Assembly: GCA_964483405.1 (NCBI GenBank)
Contig: CAZABC010000002.1
Span: 108,355 to 172,354, forward strand
Length of the DNA: 64,000 bases
Direction: 5' to 3'
DNA from: an uncultured Anaerolineaceae bacterium
GTDB taxonomy: Bacteria > Chloroflexota > Limnocylindria > Limnocylindrales > CSP1-4
This document shows, piece after piece, positions 18,939-30,240 of this stretch. The position numbers and the translations under genes are program-made. The notes below the pieces were generated by a model. The model saw only the letters and a program-made list of their open reading frames with translations, had not been told where the DNA came from and searched no databases. How positions within the stretch are numbered: position 1 is the first letter of the stretch; every line of letters begins with the position of its first letter.

Positions 18939-20186
18939 ATGCCCCGTCCGATCGTCGTCGTCGCCCTGGCCGCGGAGGAGTCCGGGCCGGTCGCCGCCGA
19001 GCTCTCGACCGCCGGCTTCCAGCCGGTCGCCGTCGGCCGGCCCGGCGAGCTGGCGGCCTACCTGGACGCCGGGCTGGCTCCGGCCGTCGCGATCCTCGAC
19101 GGCGAGGCCGACCTCAGCACCTCGCTCGAGTACTACGAGCTCCTCCATCAGGGCGACCGGGCCATCCCGGCTCTGATGGTCCTCGACCTCCACGCCTTCG
19201 AGCGACTCTCCTCGTCGGGCGCCCACGGCGTCCACGACGAGCTGATGACCCGGCCGTTCACGGCCGATTCGATCCGCTGGCGGATCGAGGCGATGATCAT
19301 CCGGTCGGCGACCGTCGACGACGGCACCGGTGAGGCGGTCCTGAGCGGCGATGTCGCCGGCGGGAGCGGCTGGGCCGGTCTCGCCAACGTCATCGTCGTC
19401 TTCAACCCCAAGGGTGGCGTCGGCAAGACGACGGTGGCGACGAACCTCGCCGCGGCGCTCTGCGAGCGCGGCGACCAGCGGGTCCTCCTCGTCGACGCCG
19501 ACACGGTGACCGGCCACATCCTGTCGTCGCTCGGCATCGAGGCCGTCGGGACCCTCGCCGACGCCTGGCGCGACGAGGCCGATGGCGGCGAGCCCGCTCC
19601 GTCGGTCGCCGAGCTGGCCGCGCACCACTCGAGCGGGATGCGCGTCCTCGCCCTCACGAACAGCCCGCTCTTCGTCGACGTCCTGGAGCCGACCCGGGTC
19701 GCGGCCGCGATCAACCACGCCCGCCGCGCGTTCGACGTCGTCGTCGTCGACCTCCACCCGTCGTACAGCCAGCTGAACCGGGCGATCTTCGAGATCGCCG
19801 ACCGGATCCTCGTCCCGGTCACGCCCGACGTCCCCGCCATCCGGGCGGCGATCCAGCTCCGCGAGATCGCCGTAGACCTCGGCATCCGCGAGCGCCTCGC
19901 GATGGTCGTCAACCGGGTCAACAGCGGGGTCTCGCTCGAGGACCTCGAGCGGACGATCGGGATGACGGCCTTCGCCCGCATCAACTCCGGGGGGCTCGTC
20001 TTCGTCAAGGCGGCGAACGAGGGCCGGACGGTCATCGATCGCTTCCCCAAGGAGCGCGTCAGCGACGACTTCCGGGCGCTCGCCCGGGCGCTCGTCGCCC
20101 CCGCCGGCAGCGAGGCCGAGCCGGCGCCCTCCCCTCGGGCCGGGTTCCGGCTCTTCAGCCGGGTCAAGGAGGCCGCCCGCGCCTGA
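18939..20186 (+). CDS. Receiver-like domain fused to MinD/ParA/CpaE-family P-loop ATPase
   Basis: Deviant Walker A NPKGGVGKTT, LLVDAD, FDVVVVDL, LVPVTPD, VVNR. N-terminal REC-like fold (VAILDG). GGGAGG RBS. Confidence 0.85.
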   Translation: MPRPIVVVALAAEESGPVAAELSTAGFQPVAVGRPGELAAYLDAGLAPAVAILDGEADLSTSLEYYELLHQGDRAIPALMVLDLHAFERLSSSGAHGVHDELMTRPFTADSIRWRIEAMIIRSATVDDGTGEAVLSGDVAGGSGWAGLANVIVVFNPKGGVGKTTVATNLAAALCERGDQRVLLVDADTVTGHILSSLGIEAVGTLADAWRDEADGGEPAPSVAELAAHHSSGMRVLALTNSPLFVDVLEPTRVAAAINHARRAFDVVVVDLHPSYSQLNRAIFEIADRILVPVTPDVPAIRAAIQLREIAVDLGIRERLAMVVNRVNSGVSLEDLERTIGMTAFARINSGGLVFVKAANEGRTVIDRFPKERVSDDFRALARALVAPAGSEAEPAPSPRAGFRLFSRVKEAARA

Positions 20187-20228
20187 TCCGGGCGACGACG
20201 CCGGCGCGACCCACGTCGCGCAGGACGG

Positions 20229-20873
20229 TCAGCGGCTCCGGTCCTGCCAGCTCGTGCCGCCGAGCGGCATGCCCGGCAGCGGCTGGACCGGCGACATCGT
20301 CCGCCGGTCGATCTGGGCCACCCCACGCAGGTAGAAGCGGTTCACCAGGATCGTCTCGTGGGCCTCGGCGTCGAGCTGCCGCTCGCCGAGGAAGGCCTGC
20401 GCGTCGGAGACCGCGACGAACATCTCGGTCGAGCGGTCCATCAGCCGTGACGGATCCGTCCCGGGGTACAGGTAGACCGTCCCGACGACCCGGAAGGGCG
20501 GCACCTCGAGCCCCACGTCGAAGGGCACCTTGTGGACCTTGAAGGCGACCTTCTCCGCGTCGGTGAGCACGGGCAGCGAGTCGGGCCCGGCCATGACCAG
20601 GATCAGGTCGTACGGGTCGACGCTCCGCAGGCCGGCGACCGGCTCGAGCGGGGCCGATCCGTCGGCCGGGCCCCAGGTCATCGCCGAGATCGCGATCGGC
20701 TCCCGGCGGTTGAGCGCGTCGGACAGCCGACCCTCGAGGTGCATCGTCCCGACGAGCCGCCACTCCTCGGTCAGGCCCTCGAAGGCGACCGGGCGGCCGG
20801 GTGGTGGCGGGCTGCCGGGCACGGCCGGCGACGCGGCCTCGACCGGCTTCCGACGGAACGGGTTGAACGGCAC
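20229..20873 (-). CDS. Hypothetical protein with two internally repeated beta-rich domains
   Basis: C-terminal part of the track ORF 20229..23093. GTG start 2 nt after the acs stop; codon use is coding-like only from here. Confidence 0.7.
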   Translation of the reverse strand: MPFNPFRRKPVEAASPAVPGSPPPPGRPVAFEGLTEEWRLVGTMHLEGRLSDALNRREPIAISAMTWGPADGSAPLEPVAGLRSVDPYDLILVMAGPDSLPVLTDAEKVAFKVHKVPFDVGLEVPPFRVVGTVYLYPGTDPSRLMDRSTEMFVAVSDAQAFLGERQLDAEAHETILVNRFYLRGVAQIDRRTMSPVQPLPGMPLGGTSWQDRSR

Positions 20874-20875
20874 CG

Positions 20876-22852
<1,977 letters not shown>

Positions 22853-22914
22853 CTGGGCCCTCCGGCTCGAACGGCTCGTCCTGGTCGGGCCATCGTACCG
22901 CGCCCGGAGCGCGC

Positions 22915-24240
22915 CTAGGCGGGCGCCGTCCCGCCACCGTCCGGGCCGGTCGGCGAGCCGGCCTCGGCCGGCGCGTCGGGCAGCACCGCCCGGGCGATGG
23001 CGATGAGGGCGACGCCGCCGATGATGCCGACGGCGGGCCCGAGCGCGTTCCACAGGACCCACGTGCCGCCGGCGACGAGCGCCGCGAGCGCAAGGCCGAT
23101 CCGGTTGGCGCGGAACCAGGCCACGACGGCGCCCTGGTCGCCGCTCCGCGCCGCGGAGGCGCCGGCGGTGAGCCACCGAGGCCGGCCGAGGAGATAGGCC
23201 GCGATCGCGACGACGATCCCGACGGCGGCGAGGACGGTCATCCACCAGCGGAGGTCGGTGACGAGATCGGTGACGATCCGGTCCACCACGACCAGGCCCT
23301 GGCCCGCGACGATCGTATCGACGATCGCGGCCTGGACGAGCCCGATCACGGCAAGCCCGACCGCGAACGAGACGGCGCCGCCGACCGCGAGGAGCCCGAC
23401 CATCCGCAGCCGACGCCGCGCGAGCAGGACGGTCAGGACCGCGAGGACGATCGCCACGACGACCGAGCCGATCGCGATGAGGTCGAATGCCCGGACCGCG
23501 GTCTGGGCCGTGGTCAGCGACTCGGACTCGACCACCGGGACCATCGCGAAGTCCTCGGGCAGGTCGCGGCCGAGCCGCTCCTCGAGGCTCGCGACGAACG
23601 CGTCGCGCTGGGCCGGGTCGGTCAGCTCGGGGATCGCGAGGTCGGCCGGCAGGACCCCCTGCTCCTGGAGGGCGACGAGGGCGACGGACGCGAGCGGCAG
23701 CAGGTCGATCGACAGGACGCCATCCTCGATCTCGGCGAACGACGAGTCGCCCCGCAGGATCGCGAGGATCTGCTCGTGGGTGAACCGGTTCGCGGCCAGC
23801 CAGGCGTCCTGGAAGCCGGGGCTGGCGAGGGTCGTCCGGAGTCGCTCCTCGAGGCCCTCCTGGATCCGCGCGGCGAGGGTGGCCGCGACCGGGTCGAGGA
23901 CGTCCGGCAGCAGCGCCTGCAGCCGGCCCTCGACGTCGATCGCCTCCATGACCTCATCGGCGAGCCGGACGCTCACCGCGTCGATGACCGCGGGATCGCT
24001 CGAGACCGACGAGACGAGCGCGACGTAGCGGTCGGTGACGAGGACGGTCTGGTGGGTCCAGACGATGACGCTCGAGGCGACGACGGCGAGGCAGGTCAGG
24101 AGGAAGAGGATCCCGACGAGGAACGAGCGGCCGCGGCCCCCGGCCGCGCGGGGAGCTGGTCCGGCCGCCGGCCCGGGGGGCGGAGCGGCGGGCGGCGGCG
24201 TCGCGACCGTCATCGGCGGGACGCCCTGTGGCTCAGACAT
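22915..24240 (-). CDS. Hypothetical integral membrane protein with a large extracytoplasmic loop
   Basis: N-terminal TM, long acidic helical region, about five C-terminal TMs. AAGGAG RBS before MSEPQG. Confidence 0.7.
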   Translation of the reverse strand: MSEPQGVPPMTVATPPPAAPPPGPAAGPAPRAAGGRGRSFLVGILFLLTCLAVVASSVIVWTHQTVLVTDRYVALVSSVSSDPAVIDAVSVRLADEVMEAIDVEGRLQALLPDVLDPVAATLAARIQEGLEERLRTTLASPGFQDAWLAANRFTHEQILAILRGDSSFAEIEDGVLSIDLLPLASVALVALQEQGVLPADLAIPELTDPAQRDAFVASLEERLGRDLPEDFAMVPVVESESLTTAQTAVRAFDLIAIGSVVVAIVLAVLTVLLARRRLRMVGLLAVGGAVSFAVGLAVIGLVQAAIVDTIVAGQGLVVVDRIVTDLVTDLRWWMTVLAAVGIVVAIAAYLLGRPRWLTAGASAARSGDQGAVVAWFRANRIGLALAALVAGGTWVLWNALGPAVGIIGGVALIAIARAVLPDAPAEAGSPTGPDGGGTAPA

Positions 24241-25138
24241 CTCCGGCAGCTCCTTCATCCGGCGCCACGGCGGGCGCCATCGATCCGATCACCACCCGCC
24301 CACGCTGCGGGAGCTCGATCCCGGCCTCCTGGAACCCGAGTGCGAGCCGACGCCGGTACTCGCCCGGGACGGCCCAGCGGTCGCCGGCCCGGACCCGGCC
24401 GATGGCCCGCAGGATGATGCCATTGTCGGTCAGCGCGGCGACGTTGCGGAACGACGGCGCCTCGAGGATCCGGTCGGCCCAGGCCGGGTCGGTCGCGAGA
24501 TCGGCGCCGATCCGGTCCATGACCGCGGCGGCGCGCTCGACGTCGGTGCCGGGCACGACCGGGACGTCGACGACGAGGGCGGCGTAGACACGGGTGAGGT
24601 TGGAGGCGATCCGGATCTCGCCGTTCGACACCGAGTGGACCGTCCCGGTCGTGTCGCGGACGATCGTCCGTCGCAGCCCGACCTCCTCGACCGTGCCCTC
24701 CGCGGTCCCGACGGAGATGTAGTCGCCGACGAAGTAGGGGCCCTCGATGAGGATGAGCATCCCCATCAGGTAGTCGAGGACGATCGACTGGCCGGCCAGG
24801 GTGATCGCGGCGACGACGATCCCGAGCGCGCCGATGACCGGCAGCAGCCCGAGGACGGCCATGACCGAGAGGACGACGGCGAAGACGACGCCGCCCTTGA
24901 TCAGCTTGGCCAGCAGCGACTCGATCGTCTCGGCCCGCTTGGCCGCCTCGGCCTCGAGCAGCGACCGGTCGACGCCCTCGACGACCGGGACCGTGACGGC
25001 CCGCCGGACGGCCCGGTGGACGAGCGGCCGGGCGAGGGTCCACAGCAGGAACGCGCCGCCGGCGACGACGACGACCGGCAGCCAGTTGGCCTGGAGCCAG
25101 GAGGCGAGGTCGCTGAACCCGTCCGACACCGATGGCAC
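24233..25138 (-). CDS. Small-conductance mechanosensitive channel (MscS family)
   Basis: ITLAGQSIVLDYLMG, YFVGDYISVG, GTVEEVGLRRT, VSNGEI. Confidence 0.88.
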   Translation of the reverse strand: MPSVSDGFSDLASWLQANWLPVVVVAGGAFLLWTLARPLVHRAVRRAVTVPVVEGVDRSLLEAEAAKRAETIESLLAKLIKGGVVFAVVLSVMAVLGLLPVIGALGIVVAAITLAGQSIVLDYLMGMLILIEGPYFVGDYISVGTAEGTVEEVGLRRTIVRDTTGTVHSVSNGEIRIASNLTRVYAALVVDVPVVPGTDVERAAAVMDRIGADLATDPAWADRILEAPSFRNVAALTDNGIILRAIGRVRAGDRWAVPGEYRRRLALGFQEAGIELPQRGRVVIGSMAPAVAPDEGAAGDV

Positions 25139-25143
25139 GCCGG

Positions 25144-25914
25144 TCAGCCGACGGTCGCGCCGAGCCGGACCGAGATCGCCGCGGCCGCCTCGCGGACCTG
25201 GGCGGCGAGCTCCGGGACGCGGCGGGGGGTGAGCCGGAAGGTCGGGCCCCAGATGTCGACGGCCGCGATGACCTGGCCGCGGGCGTCGTGGACCGGCGCT
25301 GCGACCGCGTTGAGCCCGAGCTCGAACTCGCCGATCGCCGTCGCGTAGCCGCGGCGCCGGATCCGGGCGAGCTCCTCGAGGAGCGGCTCGAGCTCGACGA
25401 TCGTCCGCTCGGTGTAGCGGGGCAGGCCGCGCTTCACGATCCGGACGACCTCGCGCTCGGCGAGGGCGGCCATGACGACCTTGCCCGAGGCGACGCAGTG
25501 GAGCGGGGTCGCCCGCCCGGTCCAGTCGCCGACGGCGACGAGGTTCGGGCCGTCGGCCTGGGCGACGCACAGGAGCTGGTCGCCGTCGAGGACGCCGAGG
25601 CTGGTCGTCTCGTGGGTGAGCCGGGCGAGCCGCTCGAGCTCGGGCGTGGCGATCCCGCGCAGGTCGAGGGTCCGCTCGGCGCGCTCGGCGAGCCGGATGA
25701 CGACGAGCCCGAGGCGGTACTTGCCGGTCTCGTCGTCCTGCTCCACCAGCCCCCGTCGCTCGAGGGTCGCGAGGAGCCGCGAGGCGGTCGACTTGTGCAG
25801 GCCGAGGCGGCGGGCGAGCTCGGTCACGCCGGCCGCACCGGGGCTCTCGCCGAGGGCGAGGAGCAGCGCGGCCGCCCGATCGACCGAGCGGACCGCGTTA
25901 CCGTCGATCGCCAT
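25144..25914 (-). CDS. IclR family transcriptional regulator
   Basis: VRSVDRAAALL, HTH GVTELARRLGLHKSTASRLLATL, ETTSL, LHCVASGK, IRRRGYA, AVAAPV. Confidence 0.93.
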   Translation of the reverse strand: MAIDGNAVRSVDRAAALLLALGESPGAAGVTELARRLGLHKSTASRLLATLERRGLVEQDDETGKYRLGLVVIRLAERAERTLDLRGIATPELERLARLTHETTSLGVLDGDQLLCVAQADGPNLVAVGDWTGRATPLHCVASGKVVMAALAEREVVRIVKRGLPRYTERTIVELEPLLEELARIRRRGYATAIGEFELGLNAVAAPVHDARGQVIAAVDIWGPTFRLTPRRVPELAAQVREAAAAISVRLGATVG

Positions 25915-25925
25915 CGCGCCCCCCG

Positions 25926-27344
25926 TCAGGCATCGACGAGCCGATCGGGATCGGCCGGCGCCGCGCCGCTGTAGGCGGCTTCGGTGGCATGCGGCAGGGC
26001 CACGCCGTGGGCCCGGGCCTCGAGCGCCGCATGGAGCGAGTCGGCGAAGATCGAGACGACCCGGTCGACGGTGTCGCCGCCGGCGTGCGCCTCGCAGACG
26101 AACCACGGCTCGCGCGAGTCGGGCTCCGGCATCGCGCCGCGGGCGTGCATGCCGACCGCGATCGCGTCGTAGAGCTCGTGATCGGTCGTCGCCCAGTCGC
26201 GGTACTCGGTCGCGACCTCCTCGCGGAACATGATCCCGAACATCGACGGGTGGCCGGTGAAGTGATAGGCGAGACCGGTCGGGTCGAGGACCGCCTTGAG
26301 CCCGGCCTGGATCGACTCGCCGGTGCGCCGGATCGTGTCGAGGGCCGACGTGTCGCGGATGATCTCGAGGGTCCGCACGGCGGCCGCCGCCGCGATCCGG
26401 TTGCCGGCGTAGGTCCCGCCGTGGGAGACCTTGTCGGGCAGGACGCTCATCACCTCGGCCGTCCCGCCGAACGCGGCGGCCGGGTAGCCGTTGCCCATCG
26501 CCTTGGCGTAGGTCGCGAGGTCGGGCGTGATGCCGAAGAACTCGGCCGCGCCGCCGCGGGCGAACCGGAAGCCCGTCTTGACCTCGTCGAAGATGAGGAG
26601 GATCCCGAACTCGCGCGTCAGGGCCCGCATCGCCTGGTGGAAGCCCGGCTGCGGCATGATCCCCTGAGCATTGCCGAGGACCGGCTCGACGATGATCGCG
26701 GCGATCTCGTGGCCCCGCTCCTCGAAGAGCCGCCGGAGGCGCTCGATGTTGTTGTAGCGGGCCGGGATGATGGTGTCGGCCACCGGCCCCGGGATGCCGC
26801 GGCCCCAGGTGAGCCGGACGGGGTTCTCCGCATCGCCGAGCTCGCCCATGTCGTTCGGCGCGACCGAGATGAGGGCGTAGTCGTGGACGCCGTGGTACTG
26901 GCCCTCGAACTTCACGATCTTGTCGCGGCCGGTGTATGCCCGGGCGACGCGCATCGCGTGCATCGTCGCCTCGGTGCCCGACACCGTCATCCGGGCGCGC
27001 TCGACCCAGCCGGTCAGCTCGCAGACGAGCTCCATCGCCCGGACCTCGTCCTCCGACGTCAGCGAGAAGCTGACGCCGCGTCGCATCCGCTCGTTGACGT
27101 GGTCGTCGACGCGATCGTCAGCGTGGCCGAGGATGACCGGGCCATAGCCCATCCGGAGGTCGATGTACTCGTTGCCGTCGAGGTCCCAGACCATCCCGCC
27201 CTTGCCGCGGTCGATGTAGACCGTGTCCTCGCCCCAGGCGCGGAAGTTCGAGTCGGTGCCGCCCGGCAACGTGCCGAGCGCCCGGCGGTACATCGCCAGC
27301 TGCACGTCTCGCCGGAGTCGGGGGGTGGCAGGCTCGGTGGCCAT
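25926..27344 (-). CDS. Class III PLP aminotransferase, glutamate-1-semialdehyde aminomutase-like (substrate uncertain)
   Basis: DLDGNEYIDLRMGYGPVILGH, VSGTEATM, FEGQYHG, FDEVKTGFR, PLP lysine in TYAKAMGNGYP, HGGTYAGN. Confidence 0.85.
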   Translation of the reverse strand: MATEPATPRLRRDVQLAMYRRALGTLPGGTDSNFRAWGEDTVYIDRGKGGMVWDLDGNEYIDLRMGYGPVILGHADDRVDDHVNERMRRGVSFSLTSEDEVRAMELVCELTGWVERARMTVSGTEATMHAMRVARAYTGRDKIVKFEGQYHGVHDYALISVAPNDMGELGDAENPVRLTWGRGIPGPVADTIIPARYNNIERLRRLFEERGHEIAAIIVEPVLGNAQGIMPQPGFHQAMRALTREFGILLIFDEVKTGFRFARGGAAEFFGITPDLATYAKAMGNGYPAAAFGGTAEVMSVLPDKVSHGGTYAGNRIAAAAAVRTLEIIRDTSALDTIRRTGESIQAGLKAVLDPTGLAYHFTGHPSMFGIMFREEVATEYRDWATTDHELYDAIAVGMHARGAMPEPDSREPWFVCEAHAGGDTVDRVVSIFADSLHAALEARAHGVALPHATEAAYSGAAPADPDRLVDA

Positions 27345-27420
27345 GGGGCTCCTCTCGGCCGTCGGTCGACGGGCGCGCGCGACGGGACTTCGTCGTCGCT
27401 GTCGCGCCTGTGCGAACGGC

Positions 27421-27481
27421 CGTTGCGCATGGTGGAACGACCGATGCGCCGATGCTGCCACAGCGCCGGAGCGGGCGTCAA
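27421..27481 (-). promoter_or_regulatory. Putative promoter and IclR-type operator of the aminotransferase-IclR operon
   Basis: TTGACG (27481-27476), 18 nt, TG-n-CAGCAT (27457-27452). Imperfect palindrome CGTTGCGCATGGTGGAACG at 27421-27439 just downstream of the predicted start site. Confidence 0.4.
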
Positions 27482-27567
27482 CACGCCCCCGGCGGCTCGA
27501 CGCGGGCGGGCGCCCGGCAGCCGCCCGCTGCAGCCGACGGCGCGAGGCCCGACACTTGTCGGCGCCC

Positions 27568-27906
27568 ATGCTCCCGCCGTACGCCTACCTCCTGGCGATC
27601 CTCGTCTCGTTCGCCGGCATGGTCGTCATCGACCGTCGCTGGCGGCTCGGTGTCGTCGGCCGCCGCCTGGTCGTCTCGATCGTCGCCGTCGAGGTCGCCT
27701 TCCTCCTCGTCTTCGACGCCCTCGGGTCGGCCCGCGGCTGGTTCGCGACGAACCCCGACCTCGTGGTCGGCCTCGGGCCGCTCGGCATCCCGCCCGAGGA
27801 GCCGCTCCTCCTCGCCTTCCTGGCGACGTTCGCGGTCGTCGTCGACCGGATCGCCGGCCGGCTGACCGGCGAGGATCCTGCGCCCGACGGGGGCTCGGAC
27901 GGCTGA
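27568..27906 (+). CDS. Heterodimeric lycopene/C50 carotenoid cyclase subunit (CrtYc/Ye-like)
   Basis: YAYLLAILVSFAGMVVIDRRW...FDALG...GIPPEE; 112 aa, hydrophobic. Confidence 0.8.
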   Translation: MLPPYAYLLAILVSFAGMVVIDRRWRLGVVGRRLVVSIVAVEVAFLLVFDALGSARGWFATNPDLVVGLGPLGIPPEEPLLLAFLATFAVVVDRIAGRLTGEDPAPDGGSDG

Positions 27907-28202
27907 TGCCCGAGTACACGCTCGCCTCGATCGTCGCCCTCGGCCTGGCCGCCGTCGGCGCGCTGGTGGCGGGCCTGCACCGCCGGCGGGCGACCTGGCT
28001 GACATTGGCGGTCTTCGGCGCCTTCACCGTCGTCTTCGACATCGTCCTGACCGGCCTGCCGATCGTGACGTACGGCGACGGGACGACGACCGGCATCGCG
28101 ATCGGGCCGATGCCGGTCGAGGACCTCCTCTACGGCTGGGCCCTCTGCCTCACCGCGCTCGTCGCCTGGGCCGTCGCCGGACGGCGCCGCGCGACCCGCT
28201 GA
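27906..28202 (+). CDS. Heterodimeric lycopene/C50 carotenoid cyclase subunit (CrtYd/Yf-like)
   Basis: YTLAS...TVVFDIVLT...GPMPVEDLLY; TGATG overlap with the upstream gene. Confidence 0.8.
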   Translation: MPEYTLASIVALGLAAVGALVAGLHRRRATWLTLAVFGAFTVVFDIVLTGLPIVTYGDGTTTGIAIGPMPVEDLLYGWALCLTALVAWAVAGRRRATR

Positions 28203-28206
28203 CCCG

Positions 28207-30240
28207 GTGACCCGCCTGCGCGAGCTCCTCTTGGCGAGCCGGCCGCTGTCGTGGATCAACACCGGCCTGCCGTTCCTCGCGGCCGCGTACGAGGTCGACC
28301 GGGCGCTCACCCCGCTCGGGCTGCTCGGGTTCGCCTACTTCCTCGTGCCGTTCAACCTGCTGATGTACGGCGTCAACGACATCTTCGACTACGCCTCGGA
28401 CCTGGCGAACCCCCGCAAGCGCTCGCTCGAGGGCGGGATCGTCCCGCCGGATCGCCGCCGGGCCACGTGGGCTGCGATCGCCGCGACGAACCTGCCGTTC
28501 CTCGCCCTCCTCGGCTGGCTCGCGCCACCGGCCGGCTTTGCCGCCGTCCTCCTCGCCGCCTTCGCGGCGCTCGCCTACTCCGCGCCGCCGCTGCGGACGA
28601 AGGTCCGGCCATTCCTCGACTCGCTGACGAGCGCGTCGCACTTCGTCCTGCCGGCCGTCGCGGGGTTCCTCGTCGCCGGCCTCGACCCGGCGGCGCTGCC
28701 GTGGGCGCTGATCGTCGGCTTCACCGCGTGGGGCGTCGCGAGCCACGCCCTCGGGGCGATCCAGGACATCGCCTACGACCGGGCCGCGGGCATCGGCTCG
28801 ATCGCCACGGCGATCGGGGCGCGGCCGACGGCCCTGCTCGCCCTCGCCGGCTACGGCATCGCGATCGGAGCCGCCCTCTCGTACGGGGGCCTCGCTGCGG
28901 TCGCCGGTCTCGCCCTCGCGACGTACCTCCTCCTGCCGTTCGCCGTCCTCTGCCGGCCCGACGAGCCACAGGCGCGCCGCGCCTGGCGCTCGTTCCTCGG
29001 GCTCAACCTGCTCGTCGGCTTCGTGCTGACCCAGCTCCTGCTGCGGCACTGGGGGCTGGTGACGCTGCCGCTCGGGGCCGCACTCGGAGCCGCCGCGGTC
29101 GCAGCCGCCGGGACGAGCCTCGTCCAGCTCCTCGCGACGGTCGTCCTCCTCCGCCGATCACGCGCGTCGGCGCTGGCCGGCGCGGGGACCGCTGCCCTGC
29201 CCCGCCTCAGCGTCGTCGTCCCATGCCGGGACGAGGCCGTCCGGCTGCCGGCCGTCATCGCCGCGCTCGCCGCGCAGGACCACCCCGACCTAGAGATCGT
29301 CGTCATCGACGACGGCTCGACCGACGGGACGGCCGATATCGCCCGACGCGAGCTCGCGGCCCGGCGGCCCACGGGTGGCGATCGCGACCGGGTCGTCGTC
29401 GCGCCGCCGATGCCCGCCGGCTGGACCGGCAAGAGCTGGGCGTGCGACGTGGGCGCTCGCACGGCGATCGGCGGGCATGTCCTCTTCCTCGACGCCGACA
29501 CGCTCCCTGCGCCGAGTGCGCTCCGGACGCTCCACGCGATCGCCCGCGGCTCGCGGGCGGCCCTCGTCTCGGGCGTGAGCGCGTACGCGATGCCGACGAC
29601 GACCGAGCGGGCGCTCGTGCCGGGCTTCCCGCTCGTCATGTACGGGCTCGTGCCGGTCTGGGCGGCCATCCTCGGGCGGGGTCGGAGCGGCTACCGATTC
29701 GCCTACGGCCCGCTCCTGCTCGTCGAGGCCGCCGCGTACCGCGCGGCCGGTGGGCACGCCGCGGCGCCCGCCTCGGCGCGCGAGGACCTCGACCTCGCCG
29801 CGACGATCGGCCGGGCCGGCGGCGAGGTCCGGCTCGTCGCCGCGGCCGACCTAGCGGCGACCCGCCACTACCCCGATGGGACCGGGGCGCTCGCCGCCTG
29901 GCGACGGGTCGCGGTGGCGTACGGCGGCGACTCGTTCGCCACGATCCTCGCCCTGCTCGCTGTCGAGGCGCTCGCCTGGCTGCTGCCGCTCGTCGCCCCG
30001 CTCGCCGGCGCGGCCCTCGGGGACCCGGACCTGCTCGGCGCCGGCCTCGTCGCGCTCGGGGCGCTCGTCGCCTTCCGGGTCGGCCTGGCCGTCGCGGAGC
30101 GGCAGCCGCTCGCCGCGATCGTCTGGCACCCGATCACCGTCGGTGCGACGATGGCGGCCCAGGCCGCCAGCCTCGTCGACGCCGTCCTCGGTCGTCCGGC
30201 GATCTGGCATGGGCGCTCGCTCGAACGGAAGGCACCATGA
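28207..30240 (+). CDS. Fusion: lycopene elongase-like prenyltransferase (CrtEb/LyeJ, UbiA family) plus family 2 carotenoid glycosyltransferase (CrtQ/CruC-like)
   Basis: N-terminal half: SRPLSWINT, NLLMYGVNDIFDYASD, YSAPPLRTK, AIQDI. C-terminal half: SVVVPCRDE, DDGSTDGT, GWTGKSWAC, FLDADT, EDLDL. One continuous 677-aa ORF. Confidence 0.85.
   Translation: MTRLRELLLASRPLSWINTGLPFLAAAYEVDRALTPLGLLGFAYFLVPFNLLMYGVNDIFDYASDLANPRKRSLEGGIVPPDRRRATWAAIAATNLPFLALLGWLAPPAGFAAVLLAAFAALAYSAPPLRTKVRPFLDSLTSASHFVLPAVAGFLVAGLDPAALPWALIVGFTAWGVASHALGAIQDIAYDRAAGIGSIATAIGARPTALLALAGYGIAIGAALSYGGLAAVAGLALATYLLLPFAVLCRPDEPQARRAWRSFLGLNLLVGFVLTQLLLRHWGLVTLPLGAALGAAAVAAAGTSLVQLLATVVLLRRSRASALAGAGTAALPRLSVVVPCRDEAVRLPAVIAALAAQDHPDLEIVVIDDGSTDGTADIARRELAARRPTGGDRDRVVVAPPMPAGWTGKSWACDVGARTAIGGHVLFLDADTLPAPSALRTLHAIARGSRAALVSGVSAYAMPTTTERALVPGFPLVMYGLVPVWAAILGRGRSGYRFAYGPLLLVEAAAYRAAGGHAAAPASAREDLDLAATIGRAGGEVRLVAAADLAATRHYPDGTGALAAWRRVAVAYGGDSFATILALLAVEALAWLLPLVAPLAGAALGDPDLLGAGLVALGALVAFRVGLAVAERQPLAAIVWHPITVGATMAAQAASLVDAVLGRPAIWHGRSLERKAP

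Noticed and set aside
25926-27344. hemL assignment
   Set aside because: The N-terminal signature differs from HemL, there are no hem genes nearby, and it is linked to IclR. Symbol withheld.
28251-30236. Track ORF 28251..31799 (1182 aa) suggesting a giant CrtI fusion
   Set aside because: The upstream part is an off-frame read-through of the elongase::GT gene (Arg/Pro/Gly-rich nonsense). CrtI starts at ATG 30237, overlapping the upstream stop.
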